DNA of 64,000 nt from Nitrospirota bacterium. Lineage in GTDB: Bacteria; Nitrospirota; UBA9217. The translations under genes and the position numbers were made by a program. The number at the start of each line of letters is the position of its first letter. Position 1 is the first letter of the stretch. Under the pieces are notes generated by a model. It was not told the origin of the DNA and did not search any database. It saw only the letters and a list, made by a program, of their open reading frames with translations. Of this stretch, positions 33,857-44,969 are shown one piece after another. The stretch is from contig CAWIYV010000001.1 of assembly GCA_963840455.1 (NCBI GenBank), forward strand, positions 96,001 through 160,000, in the 5' to 3' direction.

Positions 33857-35038
33857 TTATGCGTGCTCAGCCTTCGGCAGCACGGGGAATGTCTTGACTA
33901 TATACAAATAGGCCATGATCTCGAAGGAAATGATGCCCAGCGTTATCATGGTCTCCCCGAACGAGGGGAAATAGTTCCAGTTGTTCCCGGGATTGAACCC
34001 GACCAGATACGTGTCGAAACGATAGACCGCTCCGGCCAGCACCATCGCAGCTGCCGCCAGAAAGAGCTGCTTGGGCCGAGAGCGGTTCGCTGCCTGCAGG
34101 AGGATGATGAACGAATAGACATACAGGGCGTTCTCGATCCAGAACGCAAGGGCGTACTTGTTGAACTGGAACGCCATCCCGAACGCACCCCGCCAGAGCA
34201 GATCAGCGACCCGCACCAGGAGATAGGCACCAATAAGCCAGGGGATGATCCCCGAGAGCTTCGACAGGAAGGGCATCTCGATCTCGCGCTTGAACCCAAT
34301 GGATGAATAGATGGACTCAAAGACCACCATCGCGTATCCCATGGTGATGGCCGAGATCAGGAAGAGCAGAGGCAGGAATCCCGTCTGCCAGAGCGGATGG
34401 AGCTTTGCCCCGGAGATATACATCAGCGTGCCGAGCGAGGACTGGTGCATGGTCGGCAGGAGTACCCCAACGGCAATGAAGACGAATAACCACTTGTTCA
34501 GCGTCTTATGGATGCCTTCGACCTTCCATCCCTGGACGAACTTCGGCAGCTTGTCCTTGTGTTTGATGATGCCTTCCAGAAAAGCAGGTGTGAATTCGAT
34601 CCAGAGCACGGTGGTATAGGTCATCACGCAGAAGGCGACTTCAAACATGGTCGAGTTGATATTCGCATACCACGGGGTGAAGAGTTTCCAGCCATTCCAG
34701 TACCGTCCGATGTCAACCATGATGGATGCGCCCGCAAGCGTGTAGCCAAATACGCCTGCGAGCAGCGCGGGACGGACAAGCGGATGATACTCACCTTTGT
34801 TCATGACATAGACCAGCAATGCCATGGAATATCCGCCACAGGCTATGGCCGTGCCCACAACCACGTCATAGGCGATCCAGATGCCCCATGGATAACCGTC
34901 GTTCAGGTTCGAGACAGCCCCGATCCCGAAGATGTAGCGGATGCCGATCAGGATGACCGCAACGCCGAACAAGCCGGCAAAGAACAGAAATGGCTTGGTC
35001 AAAACATTTCCGCCTAAGGGTCTGCTTTCTTCCGACAT
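33857..35038 (-). CDS. hybB: hydrogenase-2 integral membrane subunit (NrfD/PsrC family)
   Basis: LNDGYPWGIWIAYDV, DIGRYW, LPTMHQSSLG, YFPS. Confidence 0.93.
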   Translation of the reverse strand: MSEESRPLGGNVLTKPFLFFAGLFGVAVILIGIRYIFGIGAVSNLNDGYPWGIWIAYDVVVGTAIACGGYSMALLVYVMNKGEYHPLVRPALLAGVFGYTLAGASIMVDIGRYWNGWKLFTPWYANINSTMFEVAFCVMTYTTVLWIEFTPAFLEGIIKHKDKLPKFVQGWKVEGIHKTLNKWLFVFIAVGVLLPTMHQSSLGTLMYISGAKLHPLWQTGFLPLLFLISAITMGYAMVVFESIYSSIGFKREIEMPFLSKLSGIIPWLIGAYLLVRVADLLWRGAFGMAFQFNKYALAFWIENALYVYSFIILLQAANRSRPKQLFLAAAAMVLAGAVYRFDTYLVGFNPGNNWNYFPSFGETMITLGIISFEIMAYLYIVKTFPVLPKAEHA

Positions 35039-35055
35039 AGGTATCTCCCTTGTGG

Positions 35056-36009
35056 TTATTTGTGATCCTTCGTGTTCTTATGCACCACGTACAGCAGACC
35101 GCCGAGGAATACGATCGGCGCGATCATGCCTTTGTAGATCGTGTGATTCAGCGTTTCCGACCGCTTCGCATCCGAAGCTTCCGTCAGGCTCGGCATGCCG
35201 AGCTTTTCGAACGGCACACCGGTAAGATAGAGGATCTGCGTGCCGCCGCCATCTTTCTCGCCATAGATCTTCTGGATGTAGGGGGTCACATCCCGCTCGG
35301 TCGTGACCGATCCACCGAGTTGCTCTACCGGATAGTTCTGTCGGCTCCCCGGTTTGTACTGGAGCCGCTTCCTGGCTTCAGCGAGAAGGTCTTCCACCTT
35401 GCCGTATACCGTGGCTCCCGTGGGACAATTCTTGGCGCACGCCGCAAACTCGCCCTTCTTCATCAGGTGATCGCATAGCTGGCATTTGCGGATCTGCGGG
35501 AAGGCCTTTTCAAATTCGAACTTCGGAACATTAAACGGACAGGCAAGTTGGCAGTAACGGCACCCGATGCAATTACCCTTATCGTAGCTGACAACGCCGG
35601 TCTTCGGGTCCTTGATCAGTGCCGATACCGGACATGCTGAAACACACGCAGGGTCCGTGCAGTGCATACACTGCCGCTTGACGTAGGCATGGCCGTCCTT
35701 TTCCCGGTCCTTCGCCACCCCCGTACCGTCTTTATAGAGCTTGATGATATTTAAGGTCTTGGAATCATCGTCTAACGCATTGTCCCAGAGCTGATCGCTC
35801 GAGGAGAAGCTCGGCGGCATTTCATTCGCCTGTTTGCAGGCGGAGACGCAGGCTTTGCAGCCGGTGCAGACCGTCGAATCATAGAGAAAGCCTACCGCAT
35901 CCTTTGCTCGCTCCTTGGGCTCGCGGGCAAGGACCGGATGTGCACTGGACGCCGCCATGAGGCCGCCGGCTGCAGCAACTTTCAGGAAATCTCTTCGTTT
36001 AATTTCCAT
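35056..36009 (-). CDS. hybA: hydrogenase-2 Tat-exported 4x[4Fe-4S] ferredoxin subunit
   Basis: KRRDFLK Tat motif; CTGCKACVSAC, CMHC..PACVSAC, CIGCRYCQLAC, CQLC..CAKNC; C-terminal TM. Confidence 0.93.
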   Translation of the reverse strand: MEIKRRDFLKVAAAGGLMAASSAHPVLAREPKERAKDAVGFLYDSTVCTGCKACVSACKQANEMPPSFSSSDQLWDNALDDDSKTLNIIKLYKDGTGVAKDREKDGHAYVKRQCMHCTDPACVSACPVSALIKDPKTGVVSYDKGNCIGCRYCQLACPFNVPKFEFEKAFPQIRKCQLCDHLMKKGEFAACAKNCPTGATVYGKVEDLLAEARKRLQYKPGSRQNYPVEQLGGSVTTERDVTPYIQKIYGEKDGGGTQILYLTGVPFEKLGMPSLTEASDAKRSETLNHTIYKGMIAPIVFLGGLLYVVHKNTKDHK

Positions 36010-36029
36010 AGGTTCGTTCTCCCGTGGCC

Positions 36030-37166
36030 TTATTTTTTCCCTTTGCCTTCATCTTCACCCAGCTTATGAGCAACTTTATTCACTGCTGCGAACGCAGCTC
36101 CAGCGGCTGCCGCTGCGACGACAACACCTCCGATGGTCGCACCCGTGCTCGCACCTTGCCTTTCTGCGATGTGCGGATAGGTGTCTGGTGGGGTCACCAT
36201 ATGCAGGCTGGCCTTGGTGAAGAGCGGCTTATGGAATCCGATGCCCTTCTCAGAGCATCCAAAGCACGGATGACCGCATCCTACCGGCCATGTTCCAGCG
36301 CCAGTATCGCCGAATAGCAGAGAAGGGCAATTGTTGAATGTCTCAGGCCCCTTGCACCCAAGCTTATAGAGGCAATATCCCTTGCGATGGTTGTCATCAC
36401 CGAACTCTGTGGCGAACCGGCCAGCGTCAAAGTGCGGCCTGCGCTCGCAGTTCTCATGAATGAGCCTGCCATAGGCGAACTTCGGCCTGGCCAACTCGTC
36501 GAGCTCCGGCAGTTTCTTGAAAGTGACGAAGTACAGAACGGTCGAAAGGAAATTGTAGGGATTCGGCGGACATCCGGGGATGGAGACCACCGGCGTCTTG
36601 ATGCCTGCGTCGGTGAGTATCTTATGAACCGGTGTGGCACCTGTCGGGTTGGGATCAGCGGACGGTACACCGCCCCAGGACGAGCAGGAACCCATCGCCA
36701 CGATCGCGAAGGCATCCTTGGCCGTGTCTTTAAGGATGTCCAGGGCCGTCCTGCCGGCAATCATGCAATAGATGCCGTTGTCCTTGACCGGTATGGCGCC
36801 ATCCACGACGAGGATGAACTTGCCTTTGTTCTCCTTGATCGAGGTTGCTCGTGCTTCCTCAGCCTGATGACCGGAGGGAGTGCTGAGCGTTTCGTGGTAA
36901 TCGAGGGAGATGAGATCGAGGATAAGATGTTCGAGGGTGGGATGTGTGGCCCGAAGCAGCGATTCTGTACAACCGGTACACTCCTGCGCCGACAGCCAAA
37001 TCACCGGCGGGCGCTTCGCCGCTCCTGCAACGGCCTCTGCGATCTGCTCGCCGGCACCGAGCGGCAGCCCCATGCCTGCGGCCACAATACTGCAATACTT
37101 GATAAACTCCCTGCGTGACACACCAAGCTGCTTGCTGACCGATTCAGTATCTTTGTTCTTCTTCAT
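36030..37166 (-). CDS. hybO: [NiFe]-hydrogenase small subunit
   Basis: SRREFIK Tat motif, QECTGC, PGCPP, HENC, CLYKLGCKGP, HPCFGC, C-terminal anchor. Confidence 0.95.
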   Translation of the reverse strand: MKKNKDTESVSKQLGVSRREFIKYCSIVAAGMGLPLGAGEQIAEAVAGAAKRPPVIWLSAQECTGCTESLLRATHPTLEHLILDLISLDYHETLSTPSGHQAEEARATSIKENKGKFILVVDGAIPVKDNGIYCMIAGRTALDILKDTAKDAFAIVAMGSCSSWGGVPSADPNPTGATPVHKILTDAGIKTPVVSIPGCPPNPYNFLSTVLYFVTFKKLPELDELARPKFAYGRLIHENCERRPHFDAGRFATEFGDDNHRKGYCLYKLGCKGPETFNNCPSLLFGDTGAGTWPVGCGHPCFGCSEKGIGFHKPLFTKASLHMVTPPDTYPHIAERQGASTGATIGGVVVAAAAAGAAFAAVNKVAHKLGEDEGKGKK

Positions 37167-37307
37167 ACAACCCCCTCAAAGAAAAGAATATTCAAACAAT
37201 ATGCAGGCTTGTTGGTGAGACGATGCGACACAGAAGCATCAAGATTCATTCGGGCGTGAATAGTTTAGATAGTGATTAACAATATAAGAAAATATTATAG
37301 TTTTATC

Positions 37308-37323
37308 AGCAAATATCATGCCA
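37308..37323 (-). promoter_or_regulatory. sigma54 (-24/-12) promoter of the hyb operon
   Basis: TGGCATGATATTTGCT versus consensus TGGCACG-N4-TTGCW (one mismatch), in an AT-rich leader. Confidence 0.8.
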
Positions 37324-37463
37324 TGTATAAATATATGATTTATATAATTATATATACTACTTTCTAAATATTTATGACAATATCCGTCATACCATACGTA
37401 ACTTTTTGTAACAAATATGTGGATAAAATAATTATTTGTTGCACCATTATTATCTGATGATGA

Positions 37464-37802
37464 CTACTTCCCAAATGTCTTTATAATATATTCCGCTATT
37501 TCCTTTGCATCTTTGTCCGGAATGGACTTCACATCAAACGTGGTCATACCGGGGCCGGGCTTTCTCATAAGATTCACAATATCATCTTTGGATTTTATGT
37601 TGTTCGCTTCGCGGTCTTTTTTATGGAGGGTTTTCTTCGGATTGACGATATTTCCGCCGTCAGGATGGCAAAGCGCGCAGTGCTCCTTGAACAAGGATTC
37701 TCCTGACTTGCCACCAGCCTGTGCGCTGTTGCTTGAACCTATGAATAATACAAGTGAGATTGATACGGCACACAAGAGGACCCCGACAAATGGCTTTCGC
37801 AT
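37464..37802 (-). CDS. monoheme class I cytochrome c (c6/c553-like)
   Basis: signal peptide, CALCH, PGPGM axial Met; start 37802 or 37808. Confidence 0.9.
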   Translation of the reverse strand: MRKPFVGVLLCAVSISLVLFIGSSNSAQAGGKSGESLFKEHCALCHPDGGNIVNPKKTLHKKDREANNIKSKDDIVNLMRKPGPGMTTFDVKSIPDKDAKEIAEYIIKTFGK

Positions 37803-38049
37803 TTTCATGGCTCCTTTGTACAACAGGAATACTGTTGGCGGATACTGTGGAGATTATATCATAAAAAAAAATGATGGGAGATTTTTTTGTATATTTCTGT
37901 CCACAAGGCACAACAGGTGATGTCGAGAAGATGACCGGTCAATAGACCGCATCGATCATAAAACCTTCCTCGTTTGGAGCTTTATGACAACTGCCTCCAA
38001 GACCGATAATGAACGTTGGGTGTTCAATGAGCTGTCGGTGATCAACGGT

Positions 38050-38919
38050 CTACTGGCGAGCGTTGCGTCGATATGTTGCGTCACGGATGACCAGATAGCC
38101 TGATATCATGATGAGGAGACCGCCCGCCAGCGATGAAAAGGTCGGCCTCTCTCCGAGGAAAAGGACTGCCAAAGGTACGGCAGCAAGAGGCTCTATATAC
38201 CCGAGGATAGCGGCGTGCTGCGCCATTACCTTCCTCAGCGCGCTGAAATAAAGGAGCGGCGCGACCGTGGAATGGACGAGGCCGCCGGTGAGCAGGAGCA
38301 ATGCCGCCACCAGGGACACTTCATGATCGACCGCAAGCGCCACAGGCGCAGTTATCGCTATCGTGATCCAGAGGAGCACAACAACCGCCTTATGATGCAT
38401 TAACATTCGGCTGAGCTTGCGGGACAGGATGATCAAGCATGCATAGGCGACGCCTGAAACGGTCCCGGCAAGTATGCCCCGGGTATTCTCACCGCCCAGG
38501 TCGAGACCTCCGCCTGCAACAATGATCATCACCATGCCGGCTACCGCGATAGGAAGCGATATGAGGGTTATCTTCTGGAGCTTCTCAGCGATGAGCAACG
38601 GGGCGAGGGCCGCAACAATGACGGGAGCCGTATAGTGCGTGAAGACCGCGTTCGAAACCGTTGTGTGCCCCAGGGAATAGAAATAGCTGATGTTGTTGAC
38701 GACCGAGGAGAGGGCAAGCGCCGCGAACAACGGCCAGACGGTCAGCACGCCGCTCAGGTCCAGTTCCCCCCTTACTTTCAGGATGACGGGAACGGCAATG
38801 CTCGCGATAAGAGCGGTATAGAACAGAACGACCACGGGAGGCAAGGCGATCCAGCGGATCATGATCCCCCAGGTGCTCCAGATCAGCATGGCGGCAACGA
38901 TCTTCAGGTAGTTGTGCAT
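38050..38919 (-). CDS. EamA/DMT family transporter
   Basis: about 10 TM helices; IWSTWG, HYTAPVIV, YIEPL..V. Confidence 0.9.
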   Translation of the reverse strand: MHNYLKIVAAMLIWSTWGIMIRWIALPPVVVLFYTALIASIAVPVILKVRGELDLSGVLTVWPLFAALALSSVVNNISYFYSLGHTTVSNAVFTHYTAPVIVAALAPLLIAEKLQKITLISLPIAVAGMVMIIVAGGGLDLGGENTRGILAGTVSGVAYACLIILSRKLSRMLMHHKAVVVLLWITIAITAPVALAVDHEVSLVAALLLLTGGLVHSTVAPLLYFSALRKVMAQHAAILGYIEPLAAVPLAVLFLGERPTFSSLAGGLLIMISGYLVIRDATYRRNARQ

Positions 38920-39032
38920 CGAAGGAATAATGCAGATTCCGTACCGGAGGCTCCGGTCAATAAAAATGCGGAATGAAGAGCGTATCTATACGCCATCCTT
39001 CATTCCGCATGCGTTTGTTCATCTTCTTGAGA

Positions 39033-39146
39033 TGAATCCAGGAGCGAGCGCATTCCCCGCAGTTTGATGTGGGGGTAGCGAGCGATGAGAACACCTATAC
39101 TGCCGTGAGGATCGAATTCCCTGCAGCTTGCTGCAGGGAGCATCAA
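39033..39146 (-). repeat. ~115-bp double-hairpin repeat element (MITE/REP-like), copy 1
   Basis: reverse complement aligns with 51455..51570; contains palindrome CCCTGCAGCAAGCTGCAGGG. Confidence 0.85.
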
Positions 39147-40412
<1,266 letters not shown>

Positions 40413-40452
40413 TTACCATAATTTAGGTCGTTTTCACGCCTTCAACACAAAA

Positions 40453-40480
40453 GTAGGGACACGGCGCGCCGTGCCCCTAC
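40453..40480. repeat. GTAG-type REP palindrome
   Basis: GTAGGGACACGGC-GC-GCCGTGCCCCTAC. Confidence 0.75.
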
Positions 40481-40503
40481 GAATGACGCATAGCTTCAGA
40501 ATG

Positions 40504-41661
<1,158 letters not shown>

Positions 41662-41713
41662 CTGTTTTCCTCCCGGCCGGTGTGACTCGTATGTTCAAGG
41701 AAAAAGCCCTGCA

Positions 41714-41741
41714 TTTATAGCACAATCACGGTTTTTGTCAA
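41714..41741 (-). promoter_or_regulatory. sigma70-type promoter of metK
   Basis: TTGACA-16 nt-TATAAA with TGn extension. Confidence 0.6.
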
Positions 41742-41989
41742 GAGCAAATTGCTCATGAAGCACACAATATTGTGGTCTCTTCGGGCCGCACCCCAACTGG
41801 CTTGAAGAATCTTGGAACCGTGAGTCCCCGAACGATGTTGTTCTCCTTTTCCTGATATCGTATCCACACCGACCGGCCCCATGAACCTTGTTCTTGGGTA
41901 ACGAAAAATGCTTAAAAAAAATGCGGCGTATTGCCGCATGGTTGTAGCATCTATGGCAGAGCTGTCCCTATGGATTCTCCAATCTTACG

Positions 41990-43861
41990 TTACCTTCCCT
42001 CTCCCAGTGAAGCAGGGTCAAAGGCGCGGAGCGTGGGCAGGAAACCAGCACTGCCCGCCGGCGGGTTCATGACCCGCACTTCAAAGTTCACGCTGCCCCG
42101 GGCGGGGATCATCCCATCCCGAACTGCAGTCATTTTTTGTATATCTTCCGTCTTCGTTCCCCGCTTCGCCAAGAGTTCCCGCTCCTTGGCTGTATACAGT
42201 TGGATGCCGTTCATCATTTTCACCGTCGTCAGCACGACCTCCTTCGCGTCGCGGACCTCGGTCACCAGGTACCAGCCCAACTTTGGCTTGTCCGTCGTGT
42301 TCTGTATCGAGCCGGACACGACGAGGTCCCCGGTGGCGGGGTCGATGTATCCGTGTGCATTCGAGACCTGAAGCCCTGTCGGGACAAGCATATCTCCGTG
42401 TTTCTGACCTGGCTCCTGCATGGACTGTTCCATCCTCCCGGTGATGGTGCCCGTCTCGTAAAAGGCGAAAAGGACCACGACAAGAGAAACGACAAGACCT
42501 GCCTTCTGCAGGCCCGAGAGGTCGGCAGAGAGGGTTTCGTTTTTTTCGTTGATCAAGATGCGTCTCGCGACAACAACAAGAATGCTCAGAACAAAGGCAG
42601 CTGCCGCCGACATGATCGCATTCGCGACAATCAACTGCACGTTCAGGCCGGCACCCGACGCCAGGGAGATCATGATGGACTCACCGACACCGAAGCCAGC
42701 TCCGAAGACCGTTCCGATCAGGACGTTCACCAGGAAGAAGAGCTTCTTCCCGGCTTTCGCCTGGACAATGGATATGACGAGCCCTATCAGCACACTCATG
42801 CTGATGATGCCGCTTCCCGCAAGAGCGATGAGATGGACCAGGGACGCGCTTGCAAAGAACGGGACCAGCTTCATCACGATGCCTGCGGACAGGAGCAAGA
42901 GCGCCACGGTCGGCACAGCGCAACCCAGTCCCGCTACGGCACCGGTGATATTGCCGGACGCAAGAGGATGGACCGCATCCTGCACACCGGCAGCAACTGT
43001 ACGCGCAGTCTCTTCCCGGTCTTTCCCTGCGAACGACGCATCAGTCCCGATAGACCGAGGAATACTAAGGGCTGCGCCGAGGTCGATCTCTTCGTCACTC
43101 TCCTGCTGGGGCTGAGGCGCCGGTTTCTGCTTTGGCGGTGCTGTGAATACAGGTCCGGTCTTCAGCGGTACATCCCGGACCGGTGTGGGCTGCATCGTCA
43201 GTTCCGGTACGGCCTGCGGTTCCGATCCAGTTTCCAGGTCAGCTTTCGGTTCAGGTTCCGGCTCAGAGCCGTGATCAAGCGCAGGCGCCTGCTCTTCCGA
43301 TGAAGGCATCGCGAAGGCCGATTTTCGCTTCGGCTCCGATGAAAGATCATCGGGAAACTGCAAAGCTGCTTCCGCTTCGGCCGCCGCTTCAGGGGATATC
43401 TCGATCTCCGGGGCCACCTGCTCCTGCGATGCGTCGAAGGAAAAGTCGGGGCCACCGAATCCTTCCGCGGGATGTGCTGCCGATGACGCTGCGGCATGGG
43501 GCTCGCTGAAGTCGAAATCGCCCAGCGACACGGGTGGTATCTGCTGATCCTCCGCCGGTCGTTCATCGGCAGGCTGCTCCGCCAGAGGCCGATACTCCTG
43601 GGGTTTATACTCCTGCGCTTTCGACTGCGGTGTTGGCGGCGGCGACGGTGATGGTGGTACCGGTTTTAGTGCGGGAGCGGACGGCTGCGCGGCTGGAGCT
43701 ACGGTCTCAGTCTCGCGGGCGAGCAGGTCCATCTCAAAGTCATCCTTCGTGATGGTGATGACCTCAGCGCACTTAGAGCATTTGAACCGGATACCCTTTC
43801 CCGCTATCTTTTCGTCTGCCACGCGGAAAAGTTTGCTGCAGCTGGGGCACCGGATATTCAT
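41990..43861 (-). CDS. MJ0042-type zinc-ribbon membrane protein with DUF3426-like C-terminal domain
   Basis: CPSC...CSKC finger, Pro/Glu-rich linker, about 5 TM helices, LVVSGSIQN Ig-like domain. Confidence 0.75.
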   Translation of the reverse strand: MNIRCPSCSKLFRVADEKIAGKGIRFKCSKCAEVITITKDDFEMDLLARETETVAPAAQPSAPALKPVPPSPSPPPTPQSKAQEYKPQEYRPLAEQPADERPAEDQQIPPVSLGDFDFSEPHAAASSAAHPAEGFGGPDFSFDASQEQVAPEIEISPEAAAEAEAALQFPDDLSSEPKRKSAFAMPSSEEQAPALDHGSEPEPEPKADLETGSEPQAVPELTMQPTPVRDVPLKTGPVFTAPPKQKPAPQPQQESDEEIDLGAALSIPRSIGTDASFAGKDREETARTVAAGVQDAVHPLASGNITGAVAGLGCAVPTVALLLLSAGIVMKLVPFFASASLVHLIALAGSGIISMSVLIGLVISIVQAKAGKKLFFLVNVLIGTVFGAGFGVGESIMISLASGAGLNVQLIVANAIMSAAAAFVLSILVVVARRILINEKNETLSADLSGLQKAGLVVSLVVVLFAFYETGTITGRMEQSMQEPGQKHGDMLVPTGLQVSNAHGYIDPATGDLVVSGSIQNTTDKPKLGWYLVTEVRDAKEVVLTTVKMMNGIQLYTAKERELLAKRGTKTEDIQKMTAVRDGMIPARGSVNFEVRVMNPPAGSAGFLPTLRAFDPASLGEGR

Positions 43862-44265
43862 ACTGAATTTTCTCCTGGTCGCTTACACTAATATGACGGG
43901 CTTGAGGACTGTAGATCTTGCCGAAAGGAACGGAAGTTTCTGATTCGTATTGTAATATATTTTTTATTATAATTCTACTTGTCTATACTATTTTTTTTCG
44001 TCCCCGGCGTCTTCAGGAAGGGTCTTTTTTTCACCGGCGATCCGATATTCCTCCGAGGCCCAACGACCCAGATCCACTGAGCGGCATCGCTCAGAACAGA
44101 ACGGCCTGAAAGGATTGTCCTTCCAGGCTGTTACCTTTTTGCAGACAGAGCATTTTATCAGCATGTCGTTTCTTCACCATTCCCGCATCGGCAGCGATCG
44201 ATGCTTCCATGCCTTGTACTGTGCATTTTGCACGGTGCGTTCGTGTTCTGCGTGAGCCTCCACGG

Positions 44266-44940
44266 CTATTTCAGTTCATAGACCATCGGGACCTCGACCC
44301 ATCCTTTCACGTAAGGCATGGGCGCGGCCCGGTAGACCGTTTTGACCGAAGCCTCGTCGAGGATCTGCATGCCCGAGCTCCTGACCACGTCAACTGCCTC
44401 GATGTCTCCTGAAGGAAGCACCTTGAACCGGACAAGCACGGTGCCCTCGATGCCGCGCTCACGGGCGAACCGCGGATAGGTTTTGGCCTTTTCGATGGCC
44501 CTTTGCAGGTGCAGCATCAGATCCTGCGGGATCCCACCGCCGGTATCGCCGGCGGCATTCACGGCGCTGACGCCGATTCCTCGCTCCTCCGCACGGCCGC
44601 CGCCGCTCCCTGCGCCAGAAGGCGCAAACAGTTCCGGCATCGTTTCATGATGATCCGATCCGTCAGACCGGCTCGCCTCAACCGCAGCTCCATCAGCGGG
44701 CCTTGCCGGCACAGGAGCCGGAACAGGAACGGCATCGGACGCAGGAGATGACCGTACCGTTTGTCGTTGCCCACCGGCAGACGTCCCTTCGCCGACAAGC
44801 GATACCATGACCGCGCGTAGGGATTCTCCGGACCTTATGCCGCCGTAGTGCGCGAAGGCCAGAGCGCTGCCAAAGACCGCTGCATGCACCGCTAGAGACA
44901 GGACCAGGGTCCTCGATAATTTTGTTTCACCGTGCTTCAT
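44266..44940 (-). CDS. tonB: TonB energy transducer
   Basis: SLAVH TM motif, YPRFARERGIEG, SSG...LDEA. Confidence 0.9.
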   Translation of the reverse strand: MKHGETKLSRTLVLSLAVHAAVFGSALAFAHYGGIRSGESLRAVMVSLVGEGTSAGGQRQTVRSSPASDAVPVPAPVPARPADGAAVEASRSDGSDHHETMPELFAPSGAGSGGGRAEERGIGVSAVNAAGDTGGGIPQDLMLHLQRAIEKAKTYPRFARERGIEGTVLVRFKVLPSGDIEAVDVVRSSGMQILDEASVKTVYRAAPMPYVKGWVEVPMVYELK

Positions 44941-44969
44941 ACCATCTTCTCGTTGCGCTCTCGAAGCTG

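Noticed and set aside
36030-37166. O2-tolerant [4Fe-3S] small subunit
   Set aside because: The proximal motifs are CTGC and CSSWGG; the two extra cysteines are absent.
41662-41989. SAM or SAH riboswitch upstream of metK-ahcY
   Set aside because: No recognisable aptamer motif; the likely promoter leaves only a short leader.
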